Assembly: GCF_037042905.1 (NCBI RefSeq)
Contig: NC_087251.1
Coordinates: 31,250,001-31,314,000 of the forward strand
Direction of reading: 5' to 3'
Length of the DNA: 64,000 nt
Source: Lytechinus pictus
Taxonomy: Eukaryota
In this document: in pieces, positions 23,373 through 35,756 of the stretch
Position numbering within the stretch: the first letter of the stretch is position 1
Layout of the letters: the number at the start of each line of letters is the position of its first letter
Notes under the pieces: model-generated
The model's database searches: none
What the model was told of the DNA's origin: nothing
What the model saw: the letters and a program-made list of their open reading frames with translations, nothing else
Position numbers and translations under genes: made by a program

Positions 23373-26102
23373 TAGTGCTGCCACCAAACGGATAACATTT
23401 TTCATTTTTCTGGTTCGGGTATCCGTGGACACTGATTCACCACTTTCCTGTCACAAAAACTCATTGAATTTAGTAAGACTCACCAACAAAATTTATAAGT
23501 TTTAATCGCCAATATAATCACCAATATCAATTAATCTTCTTCGGTAATATATTCCCGCCGAAAACCATCGTTTTTATATCAGTTTTGAAACATGACCTTA
23601 TATCAGTTTTGGAGCATGACCGTCTGTGAATGGAGTAAAGTTCCGTTCTGACAACGATGGCGATTTTACTATGGTGTCGCTTAAGATTGTTTTCTTTCCC
23701 GTCTTATGTTTTGATGATTTCAAATGCGTAACTCATCGTATATTTTCTTACCTCGACTTTCAATGCGAGTGAAGAATGAAGATAATTTGAAACCATTTGA
23801 GCGTCAAATAAATGTTGATCCGGTTACTCGGGTGTGTCATGTTGTTTCTTGTAATTTATTCATCAAATGCAAAACGAATTCTACTTTTTCTCACACCAAT
23901 GAAGATGATTATTTTTGAAACTATGAAAAGTTGAAAACGTCGAATGAATGTTGATTGCGTGTGTCATGTTGTTTCTTGTAATTTATTCATCAAATGTTAA
24001 TGTGAAATCAACTTTAACGATTAAATCTTAACCATGTAAAACTTCCAGTTGTGTAGCATTTTAAAGATTGACGTCATATCTTTTTGACATTTATTTTTTC
24101 TTTATATTTTCATTTTCGCTATTAGGATTTTATTAGATTATTTAAAAAAAACATATCTTTCCAACAGAGGCGGAGGTGAAAAGGGGCATGTGTCATGGCC
24201 ACCTTCATTTTCCAGTTGTTCCAGATTGATACTTTAAACTAGTCCTAACTTTAAACTAAAATTAAGTTCACCGTAAAAATGCTGTTTTACATTTGAAGCA
24301 AAGCTGTTTGGGCCCGTCATGTATTTTTTTAAATACATTTTTTAAACATCTTGTTTGAACAGTTTAAACGATAGTTGTTAGAATGAAGGGATTAAACATT
24401 TAAAGTTTAAACAGCGTCATTTTCGCTATTAGGATTTTATTTGATTATTTAAAAAATCATATCTTTCCAACAGAGGCGGAGGTGAAAAGGGGCATGTGTC
24501 ATGGCTACCTTCATTTTCCAGTTATTCCAGATTGATACTTTCAACTAAAATTACGTTCACCGTAAATATGCTGTTTTACGTTTGAAGCAAAGCTGTTTGG
24601 GCCCGTCATGTATTTTTAAACAATTGTTTGAACTTTTTAAAACATTTTTTGAACAGTTTAAACGATAGTTGTTTAATAGAATGAAGGGATTAAATCATTA
24701 AAGTAGATTAAACGTTTAAACAGCGTTATTTTAAAGTTAAAAGTGTGGAGGAAAACTTGAGAACGTATTTCCCTCCTATCAAAATATCCTTGACTGGCAA
24801 GAAGTTGACCTAGAAATAAATTTTTAAATGCCTGTTAATCGAGGCATCTGTTCAGCTCACCAACTCAATTTCATTTCTACTTCTGTTTTAATGTGTACTG
24901 TCAATTATTATGATACTGATTTACTGGTGATTATGATAATGGCGGACTTTGTGATGAATGATAATGAGAGTGAAACTGAAATGAATGACGATGATGATGA
25001 GTGATATCTAGTGAAAATGATTTTAAATGATTATCAAGATTGGTGAAGATGATAGCGATGAATGATGATGAGAATTATGAAAGAATGATAATTGTCAATT
25101 GAAAATCTCTTTCATGAATTAATATTTAATATATAAATTACAAAACACACATTTTCCTTTATTTCAGTTTAAATGGCATATGCACTATAAATTTTGATAT
25201 CCATCATCACGTAAACAACAATACTTAAAAGGCGGTATCGTGCCAGAAAGGTTTATGATGTGCGCCCGCCGAGTATGTGGTCGGTTGTGAATCAACGTGT
25301 TTTGCAGTAAAACTTACTGGTGATGAATGTAAGTGATTAGTTACTGTTAATGTGATTTAATCTTGTCTTGAATCTTTGTTAGAAGTGTGATTATGTTTCA
25401 GAAGTTGAGAAATGAGAAGCTTGGCTATAATTTGGGGAATGGGGAGAAACCCGACATGAAAATGAAAATATTCCAAGTACGATCCCATTTGAAGGTTTAG
25501 CGAGTGTAATGTGACCAAATATATATCGGACGATTCACTCCAGACACGTTCAGACAGGACAGCACATGCGTGAGCTGAATGATGTAGGCCTGTCTTGTTT
25601 TAGACTTTTAGTAATAGTAGACTCGCACTTACACTCGCCTCGGTCAAATTCATTGCATCTTATTTCGTTTGATCGGAACTAAAAAATAAACACACATACT
25701 ATCCCAACCATTAAAATGGGATCGTAACTAGGCCCGACTTGTATAACTCAAGTAATAGTCATTTACTAATAGCTCACACAGTCATACGATCTACATTTGT
25801 AGCCGTAGCCTCACGCTAACTCACATTAGTCAAATCCGATTGCAAAACAGATTCAACCCAAAATATTCAGCTTCTCGTAATTTCGTGGTTTTCAGAAATA
25901 TTTTAATTAGCGCACGCTGACTCTCGCCATCATCGGATAGGTTCAAAACTCAAATATAACTGAAAATCTTATATATAACTCAAATAAGTGCAAATGGATA
26001 TTATTTTTTATATTTCAGGATAAAATTTCGGATACCCCTCCGCCGTCCGGTTTTCAGTGTCGGGTATCCGAATATTGAAATATCCGTTTCAAGTCAGGCC
26101 TA
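23373..26102. mobile_element. 2.7-kb hAT-like non-autonomous element
   Basis: Degenerate TIRs TAGTGCTGCCACCAAACGGATA / TATCCGTTTCAAGTCAGGCCTA, subterminal CGGGTATCCG repeats, CTCAGCAG at 23355-23362 and 26103-26110 (TSD), internal tandem duplication of about 308 bp (24110-24720). Confidence 0.7.
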
Positions 26103-27408
26103 CTCAGCAGCTAATCACTAAAAAGTTTCCAAACTTTCCATGGTATATAATGGCAAAGTTCCCATATAACCAAAGTACTGTACATGTAAATGTACCTGAT
26201 TTGCAATTAGTACGAACATTTCAATTCAATTTGATTTGGATCCATGGACCCATGTTTCCAAAGGTAAAGTCCAGTTGAGATCATGATAATAGTTGCATCT
26301 AGCATAAATAAAAATTCCAACTAAACCTGTTTCTACATGTAGGTTTAAAAAAAAAAAAAAAAAAAAAAAAAAGTTGGAGTCAATACTGTACATGTACATG
26401 TACATGTATATTGAGGCTATTGGCCAAATCATACAATCTATATCTTCAGAATTTTTTTTTTATCCCACTATAACAAATCTGGTATCAAACATAGACCATA
26501 ATTCTTTTTTTTTTTTTAATGTTTAAGTATTTGTTAATGTGATTTTCTTTTATTGTTTACGCACAATTCCTCACCAAGGTCTTTCCATATTTGATTTTTG
26601 GGTTTAATTTAGATAAATGGAACAAGTACATGTATTACTGATAAGATGTTAAGTACTGTAATCTTATTTTTCATAAAACAATGAACAAGATGATAAAAAA
26701 TTACATTAATATTCACAACATTGTTGTTGGGATAACAGAAATATTTTTAGATAAAGAAGATATTTATATTACAACAATATCCATATTTTTAGGGATTGAA
26801 TTTTCCAGGTGTAAAGGTAAATGGACTAGGGTATCAAAAGTCTGCAGATGCACTACCATAGTCAAATGATAATAGGCCTAATTAACACTTTGATTGTGGG
26901 CATCAATGAAAACATGATACAACACGATACAACAAACACAAAAGTATCTAGAAAGAGACAGATTAGCATGATGCAACATTCTTTTTTCAAGTCCAACCTT
27001 CATTTTCCTCTATCAATCTTTTTAATAATTCACTTTGAAATGCTCGAAGTATAGTTGAGAGCATTACACATGGACACTACGTCGGCCGAGAATCTTGTAC
27101 TAGCACAATTAGCTATGCGTGCGCATCAATTCTCTCCATATTTACCTGCACGTACATACGTCATCACGATCGAGTCAAGGTCATGTTATTGTGTTAACAT
27201 GTGGAAACTGCAAACATGGGAACCTTCTGGTGAGAAAATTTCGAACTTTCCCCTTTTCTATTTGTTCTTTTTTTAAGGCAATTGCGTACATTTCGAGTAT
27301 AAGCTTATGAATTGGAAATATTATATGTTTTTCCAAAAATTATTGTGGCAAAGGATTTCCTATGGAAATCCATCTTTGTTTTGATGTCTCTGTGACGTAG
27401 ACTATGTA

Positions 27409-30400
27409 CAGTGCGTTCAAAAAAACCTATACACTTTTGAAATGGCTGCCAAATGAAAAATATATCACTTTGGGGGAATACACTTACATATATGAAAGCC
27501 AATAAAGTCAACTTTCAAATTACACCAAAAAGTTGGAAAACTATTCATGCTTGAGCGAGCACTGCCAACTGAAACAAAGGGTTACAAGGGTATGAAAATT
27601 ATGATGGGCCGGAATAAGCCATCCAATTTCTGTCAGTTTTTGAGAGGCAAATGGAACTTGGAAATTTAAGGGTGTTGTGATTAATTAATGATCAACCGTG
27701 AACAGTTTTGGTTGTTTAAGCAAGTTTCATAAATTATTAAATTGAACTTTAATGCATGAGTGAACACAAATTACACATTTTGTGCAGCATTTTAACTTTA
27801 TCATGTGGATCTCAGCAATGTGTTCATGGGAGTCGAGTGAAAAGGGGATGAAATAGGACTTAAGTGGGAGAAGAAGGTTGATGGAATAAGGGTCAACAGA
27901 ACATTTAGCCCCCCCCCCCTCCCTCTCTCCCCTCCTGTTGAGTGACTGATTGCTATTGTCATGTACGCATGAAGTCCAGAGCAGAATATTGATTTAATGA
28001 TAAATTCCGAATTGAGGCATCAACTTTTTCCTCAATCATTTAATCAACAATTTATCAATCAATCAACTATTTCGATTTGCAATGTGGTCAATCAAACATT
28101 CAGTTTTTCAATAAATTATTTCATATATCATCATAATCAGTCAATTTCTTGGTAATTCATTCAATAAAACAAAATGACCATCAGCCACCAGTCAATTGGC
28201 AGTTAAGCTTTGAATAAGCTACAATCCAGGAAGTGAGGGAGAGAGAGAGCCTGGAAAATGGAGGTGGAGAGGGGATACATATGAATTTTAATTTGTATAA
28301 GGACTAAAAGAAGAGGAATGCCCAAGTCATACCATATCTTGCCCTCTTGCTTGTACAGGTACCATCACATTACTCTGACTCTCACGAACACACTGCTGAG
28401 GTCCACAAGATGAATATGCTAAACTAAAATTACAATTCCTGTTCACTCATGCACTAAATTTCAATTTCAATTTTCAAATAAATTTGCCTAAGAAACCAAA
28501 ACTTATCTCACTCATTAATTTAGCATTTCACCTTAGCTTTGCAAGTTCCAAATGACTAACCATTCAAAAAACTGTAAGGCTTATTCCTTCCCAGCCTAGC
28601 CGAGCTTAGTCTCTCAGGAGGAGAGAAGTGGGCGGGAGGGGGGTAGAGATGGAAGGAGGGGTTGCTCAATGTTCTGTTGACCTTAATCCAATCAACGTTC
28701 TTAACTTTATACTTAAGTCCTATCTTACCCCCTATTCTTCTGACTCTCATGAACACATTGTTGAGATCCACATGATAAAGTCAAAATGCTGCACTAAAAA
28801 TTGCAATTCATGATCGCTCATGCATTAAGTTTCAATTTAATAACGCATGAAATTTTCTCAAACAACAAACTGATCACAAGTGATGATTAATTCATCACAA
28901 AACCTTCAACTTTGCAAGTTCCAAACAAAACAACCTGAAAGAAATTGAAAGGATAATTCCAGCCCAGCAGGCCTCTACAAAAAAATTTTTCGGGCAAGTG
29001 ATGAAAAAATTTCCTTGCCCGATAGAAAAAACTGCTTGCCCTATTTGTTTTATTTTATTTTTTTATTGTGACGGCACTACTCTTATCTTTACGGTCATAC
29101 AAAATAGCAACAATTGAGAATCATGTACAGTATAAAAGAACACACATTTAAAGTTTATTTTCAGCAACGTAGGCCTGAGTCATTACGTTTATTTTGATTT
29201 ATTTTTCGCTATTTAGAAATGGGGCTTAATTTAAGGTTTAAAAAAAACCTTCACCAAAAGTTGCTAAAATTTCATATTTTGCATCTTTAAATCCACGAAA
29301 TGGTTATCTGTTTGCCATATTTCCTTAGAATTGTTTTGATTTAGTTGGAAACTATAAAGAAAGCCAGTGAAAAATTTTCAGCTCTTTATTGACTCTGAAA
29401 AAGATTGTTTTATGATGTAAAACAAATATATCTAAAGTGGAGTGGCTAAAATTTCACATTTTGCATCTTTAAATCCATGAAATGGTCATTTATTTTCCAT
29501 ATTTCCGTGAATTTTTTAAATAAGTTGGAAACTATCAAGAAAATTAAGAATATTCACCTCTCTCTTGTCTTTTCTTCATCATTTTATGATGTTACACTCG
29601 GTCAATATTTTGTTATTGTAGTCCCGCATGTAGACTTTCATGGGTTTTTTTTCACGGAGTTGCAGCATTGATCGTTGACCGTATCGTTTGATCGTTTTAC
29701 ACTTGGTCAACATGTAAGTCTACATGTGGGACCACAATAATAAAAAACATTTACCGAGTGTAGAAAGAGAGTCATGAAAGAGCTGAATATTCTTCATTTT
29801 TTCAGTAGTTTCCAACTACATCAAAACAATTTCAAGGTAATATGGAAAATAGATGGCCATTTTATGGATTTTTGCAAAATGTGAAATTTTAGCCAATTTT
29901 TTTGAGTTTTTTGGGGTTTTTTTGGTGTGCATCGGCAAATTGCTCAAGTAGCGCATGCGCAGTCATTGCACACATAGAACGTAAGATGCGATCGATGGCA
30001 CGGTTTTTCGAACAAGGTATCTGGTGATAAATAATTGGTAATTGGCGCTGATTTTACATCAGTTTCCACTTTTTTTTTTTACTGGTTTGACATAATCTGA
30101 GATAAAGTTGTGATTATCCAAAAGATATTGAAATTTAGAGGGTCTACTGATTTTTTTTTCCAAAACAACCAATTGCCCGATCAATTGACTTTGAGAAATG
30201 CTTGCCCGCACGTCATTTTCACTTGCCCTGGGCAAGCGGGTTTGTCGCGCCCTGCGGCCCAGCCTAATTTTCATACCCTTTGTTTCAGTGGGCAGTGCTC
30301 GCTTAAGCATGAAAAGTTCCAATATTTTTGTGTCAATTGAAAGTCCCCAAAAGTGATATATTTTTTATTTGGCAGCCATTTCAAAAGAGAATAGTTTTTT

Positions 30401-30412
30401 TTTGACGCACTG
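27409..30412. mobile_element. Tc1/mariner-like element with very long (about 500-bp) inverted arms; right arm interrupted
   Basis: TA|CAGTGCGTTCAAAAAAA ... TTTTTTTGACGCACTG|TA. About 27640-27900 is the reverse complement of about 28690-28960. Confidence 0.85.
28968..30254. mobile_element. hAT-like element inserted into the Tc1-like arm
   Basis: TIRs CAGGCCTCTACAAA / TTTGTCGCGCCCTG, 8-bp TSD CAGCCCAG/CGGCCCAG (7/8), subterminal GGGCAAG motifs. Confidence 0.8.
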
Positions 30413-31445
30413 TAGATCTAGATGTCAAATTATATTTAAAAAGTTCATCATCACGGAGTCTTCTAGGCTAAGTGGAGCCTACACAAACCATCGCCCGAGG
30501 TACACTAGATCTAGACTAGGACCACCCATGGGTTCATCACATATCGCATGCGAAGGAATATCAAATGCACGCGACACATGCAACGCTTTCATTGGACTTT
30601 GCCCCATTAAAAGATTCTAACACTAAAATAAAAATTTCACATTGTGCTACAATACCAAACCATATCGATCCCTTTGCTGACTTCTCTTTCCATTTGGTTA
30701 AAAAAAAATGTATTTTTGTCTTGATTTTCATGTAGATGCCCTTAGATCAGTGACAAAATAATTTTTTCCCCTTAAGAGCGCGTGCGATTTATCTTCATAT
30801 CAAAGACACTACATAGAAAAGACTAGGCACAAAAACTATTTACACGTAAATCGATGCAAAGCGTTACGCGAAGTCGGCAAAGTGTCCAATCATTTTATTG
30901 TAAAGACTTTGGTGGAGTGTTCGTTGACAAACAAACGGTAGCACTGCTGGCTTCGTTCAAGGCACGTAGAATTTTCTATTCTTTTGTTTAATTTGTCATC
31001 GCTTTGAATGTTTTCCAAAAAATATATTCGTCAGCAAAAGTGATCTAAAAAGTATGTTTTTTAAGTTATTGCATTTCTTGGCATCTATATTTTATCAAAC
31101 AATCATGGGAATTTCGCATACAATGAATTTAGACTTTATCTAGTTATAAAATACTGACGAGCTGAATTAAGGTTGCGAATTGTATTAGCGCCACCAACGA
31201 CCTTCCTTTTATTTCCGTGGAAGAGACAGGCGAAGTCACTTTCCCAGCCGAGGTAAGCGATTTTGCTCTTTTTTATGTGATTTTTATATTTTAAAAATAT
31301 ATAAAAATTTAACGCCCATCACCTGAAAAAACCCTGGTGAGTAGCGGAATGAGATTCGGCTACCATTGTTCCCGTTATGAAGCAAATGTTAACCGACAAA
31401 TAAAATATCCACTGCGTAGACTCGTTCGTAGTGCGAGGTTAGAAT

Positions 31446-31979
31446 AGTATGGTAGGGGTTCCTAAAGCTGCGCGGGTCCTAAAGCTACGCACCACTCCAT
31501 TGGGCATGCAATTTCAATGGGAAAATAAATGCACACTCGAGCTCTGTGTGTGAAGCTGTGACTGCAGAGTGACGAACGATCCTATTCAATTTTTCTGCAG
31601 AGGCTGCAATAAATTCTTGAATGCAGAGAAAACCAGCAAATGTTTGGAATTTTTTATTTATGTTCACTTTAATTTCATATTTCCCTATAATAATACAAAC
31701 ATATTTTAGAAATTGAGGCACAGGAAATACTCTTTCTTTGCATGATAAATCGAGTGCGTAGCTTTAGGACCCTTCTACATCAGACGGCGAAATTAAGAGG
31801 TGTTCGGAAAACACGGTGGGATTTTCGTATTAGTGAATTCTGTGATATTTTCTTCTTGGTTAAGGATTATTAGAATATTAATTACAAATTAGTGAAAGAC
31901 AAATTGTTCAAATATTATAATTGGCATAGTTTTTATCGTTTAAAAACAAAGTGCGTAGCTTTAGGTCCCCCCATCACTA
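31446..31979. mobile_element. Probable MITE with repeated GGTCCTAAAGCTACGCAC motifs
   Basis: Motif occurs twice forward (31456-31491) and twice inverted (about 31754 and 31951); termini degenerate. Confidence 0.55.
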
Positions 31980-32288
31980 ACCTCGGCCTCGCAATACATG
32001 TGAGTGGACTAGGCCTAACTGTTAGATTCTATAGATCCATTTTCATTTTTTTATGAATGTCAAAACTCAAGTCAAACAAAAATAGGTCTTCTAATAAAAT
32101 ATTAATTTAAGATTAATTAATAAATTCAAGCATCAACGTAAATCTTAAATTAAAAATCTTAACCTAAAGTAAAAATTTAAAATTTAAATAGAAATACTCA
32201 AAAGTTAGTTATACTTATATGGTCCATTAGTAAGAGTTTAGGTTTAAAATTTTAGTATTTAGGCGAAATTAGGCCTACAGTACCATAC

Positions 32289-32525
32289 CTTTGGATCAGT
32301 TTCATAATAATACTGCTGAGTACGGATCCAACGGCCAACGAGATGATCACGGACCGAGTGGGCAAGGGCGATGTAGTAGTCACGTTGAGTAGCTACATTC
32401 CTGTCTTTCACCAAGGTGAAATGAAGATGCCGATTAAAACTCGCTTTGAAGTTTGCAACATCCTCAATACCGGGAATCCCACGCACACTAATCTGCTTCC
32501 TCTTCTCCTGGTCACTTTGAGCCAT
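32289..32525 (-). CDS. PYG: Glycogen phosphorylase, coding exon 1 ([16 protein letters not shown]...[14 protein letters not shown], 79 codons)
   Basis: ATG at 32525. RKQISVRG phosphorylase-kinase (Ser14) motif, [17 protein letters not shown] and RWIRTQQ motifs. Ends AAG|GTATGG, phase 0. Confidence 0.97.
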
Positions 32526-32559
32526 TCTGATGGTCAAGAGGTAGAAAAGAAATGTTCAA

Positions 32560-32790
32560 ATCGTCAGATTTCCGTATCGACTGCTCTTCCACTGTCTCTG
32601 GCAGCAAAACTCACGACTCGACTGACCTGGATCATCGATGCATGTACCGGAGCGGCGCGGCGCGGCGCGGAGGGCCGACCGGGGCCGCGGCGGGTGGATT
32701 TGCATCTCAGTCTACGTGTACGTGCAATTCAGGGTACCGCAATTCAGTCAGCTGGGATGGGCTGGCCTCGGAAAAACATGCACATCATCG
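32560..32790 (-). promoter_or_regulatory. GC/CpG-rich putative promoter and 5' UTR of the phosphorylase gene
   Basis: Sharp GC/CpG-rich patch (GCGGCGCGGCGCGGCGCGG, GC-box-like) just upstream of the ATG in AT-rich surroundings. TSS not determined. Confidence 0.55.
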
Positions 32791-32823
32791 AACGGATAGA
32801 GGGCGTTAACACTTTGTTGTTTG

Positions 32824-33278
32824 AAGGGGGAGTTCCTGAATAAAAGTTTGTTGTAAAAAAAATGTAAAAGAGAAAAGTTGTTAGAATTGTAAGTTTTGAT
32901 ATGTGACATCATATACGAGCAGCTACCCATATGTTATGTAATATAAAATGCATACATTTCATTTTTTTTATGTTTCGTGATGACTATATATTTTTATTTC
33001 AGAAAAGGTATGATTAATGTGATATATCTTAGAGATAATCTCCATGGTTGATACTGAAGGTACAATTAAGGTCTCTTTTTTTTATAAAGTTTTGTAGGGA
33101 ATGACATTTCATTGATTTTTTTTACTACAAAAAAATATGAGATGCTCGCATATGAAGTCACAAATCAAAAAATAAAATTATGATAATTTGTTTTATCTTT
33201 TATTTTCCTCTAGCCTTCTCCCATATTGTTTATTTTTCTGCTAGTTTTACAATAAACTTTTTGTCAGGGTGAACTTCC
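32824..33278. mobile_element. Degenerate AGGGAAGTTCACCC-family MITE just upstream of the phosphorylase promoter
   Basis: Eroded TIRs; related copies at about 45360-45830 and 60750-61228. Confidence 0.6.
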
Positions 33279-34053
33279 GATTGAACTGTTGACGCCGTCT
33301 ACCGTCTTTGACGCACATACTGTAAACATGTGGATACTAGACACCACCCCCCCAAAAAAAAGGATAATAAAAGTGAAATATCCTTGCATGGTCTGGGAAG
33401 TGGGAATGATATTAAAAATCCTGTTTATGTTAGGATCTACTAAACAATGTTCCTCTTCCGTTTTTAGCTCGTATTATTTTCTTTACATTTTATTCCTGTT
33501 TACTCTGGGGATATGCAGTCGCGGATCTGGGGAGGCCGGGGTTCAGGGGGCGCTGTAGTTGGCCAGCAAATAAATTAATATAAATCAAAATGAAAAAGTG
33601 AAAAGGGAGAAGGAGAAGAAAGGGAAGAGAAAGCCAAGGCAATTCTAATCAAACGAAAAGGGGTATATATAAAGGACAGAAGAAAGGAAGAAAGAGGCTT
33701 TGCCAACATGACCCTTATTCAACTTTTTTTCTTGACAGGTATAGTGCAAGTCCACGTCAGTCTATATGGGTGACCCCCCCGGAAACCTCTTTTAATTAAA
33801 CGACCTAATCCCCACGCTGATGTCAGTGAATGATATCTTCATAAAATGCCTAGTTCTTGTCGTGATCTTTAAACATTTCAGCTCGCATATTCCTTTACTG
33901 TCATACGCATTATTTTGTTCCAGGAAAATTTTGACAAGCAAGCAATAAAAAAAAAGGCCCTCACTTGCCATACATAACTTGTTCCAATTAAAACTATTTT
34001 GGCTGCCTCTCAAGGGGAAGGGGCACGGACCGGATGTGCCCCCACCCCTGGAT

Positions 34054-34087
34054 CACTGAACTAGAAATACGTATTTCTAGTTCAGTG
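34054..34087. repeat. Perfect 34-bp loopless palindrome
   Basis: CACTGAACTAGAAATAC|GTATTTCTAGTTCAGTG. Confidence 0.95.
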
Positions 34088-34246
34088 CCCTCAGCTCAAG
34101 AGAAATCTTCATGAAAAAAAACCCAGCCACCTCAAAGTTACACAATGCTCAAAGTTAGACAATGCTGGCCCCTGATATTGTTTAGCAGGTCTGAATATCA
34201 ACCATTTTCTGATCGCGCTCGCATTATCTATTTTGATATATAAGTT

Positions 34247-35756
34247 CAGTGGCGTAACTACGGGGGGGGGGCATGGGGGGCACGTGCCCCCCAATCGTCT
34301 GGCAAAAAAAAAAAAACGGGAAAAGGGAAAAGGGAAAAGGGAGAAAAAGAGGGAGAAAGGAAGAGAAACGTAGTGGGAAAGAAGAAATTATTGTTCATTA
34401 TAATGTTATATTATATTATGTTCAGTTATATTACATAAGAAGTTTTTTTTCATAACTTTATGAAACATTATTTTGCTCAGGGCATGTGTCTTCATTGTTC
34501 CTGGTGCTCGCATAGACAGTTTAACGAGATAGATAATCCTGTTGTACTAAAACCTCCCGTTTTCAAGTCAATATACACCAAATATGTTTCCTCGCAATTT
34601 CGAGTTATCATTGTTTTAGGTAATAGTGATAATACTACGCTTCTTTTTCATGACTACTAAAAGGTCTTAGTATAAAACATTTCCTGTTCGTGGTTACGTT
34701 CGCATTAGTTGAATGGTGAGGTGTCTGCTCTTCATGAATTCCTAAAATCAGTCCTTAAAATGTCAATTTTTCTGATCTGAATAATAAAAAATTTCAGCTC
34801 GCACTTCGCGTTCGCATCATTTGGTTAGTGAAATACTTACGGTCTTAGTGAATTCCTACAAACAAGCCTTAGAATGCCCCTCTTTAGGTCTGAATTTCCT
34901 AAATTTTCAGCTCGCGTTTAGCGCTCGCAATTCGATTAGTGAGATGCGTATGATAATCATGATTACAATGATTACAAAAAGTGCTTCATGTGTTTAGATG
35001 TAATTCTAACAAAATCAGCGAAGCAGCCGCACTTGACACTCGCAGTAGATGTCTATGGTGAAATATGTATACTCTTAATGGATTCCTAAAAAATGGTCCT
35101 TAAAATGTCCATGTTTGAGTTCAATATATACAAAAATTTCAGCTCGAGCTTCGCGCTCGCATCATTTGGTTAGTGACATACGTTCATGAATTCCTACAAA
35201 CAAGCCTTAGAATGCTCCATTTCAGGTCTTAATTTCCTAAATTTTCATCTCGCATTTCGCGCTCGCAATAATTGATTAGTGAGATGCGTATGTTAATCAT
35301 GATTACAATTACTTCATGTGTTGAGATGTAATTCTAATAAAATCAGCAAAGCATGGCACTAGCATTAGATGACTATGGTGAGATATTTATGCTTTAAATG
35401 GATTCCAAAAAAATAGTCCTTAAAATGTCCCTGTTTGGTGTCAATATAATTATACAAAAATTTCAGCTCGCGCTTCGCGCTCGCATTGTTTGTTTAGGGA
35501 TCCGGTACGTATCATGATTACAAAAAAAAATGCTTATAATGTCACTTTTTAGGTCTAAAAATTTTCAGCTCGCGCTTCGCGCTCGCATTATTTAATTAGT
35601 GAGATACATATCCGTTTAATGGCACTGCATGTCCTTAAAATGTCTCTATTAGGTCAGTATACCTGGCAACTGAGCGCGCTTCGCGCGCTCACTAAGTGAC
35701 TCGAAATTTTTGCTGGTGCCCCCCCCCCCAATGCCGTGACCCACGGTACGCCACTG
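34247..35756 (+). mobile_element. hAT-like CAGTGGCGTA family, copy 2, 1510 bp
   Basis: Same TIRs, perfect 8-bp TSD TATAAGTT. Confidence 0.93.

Noticed and set aside
23530..23705. Minus-strand NLKRH motif suggesting a BED finger in the hAT-like element
   Set aside because: No upstream Cys pair, an in-frame stop just before it, and no transposase continuation.
32343..32843. 166-aa plus-strand ORF
   Set aside because: It is the antisense shadow of exon 1 and the GC-rich promoter, with no recognisable domain.
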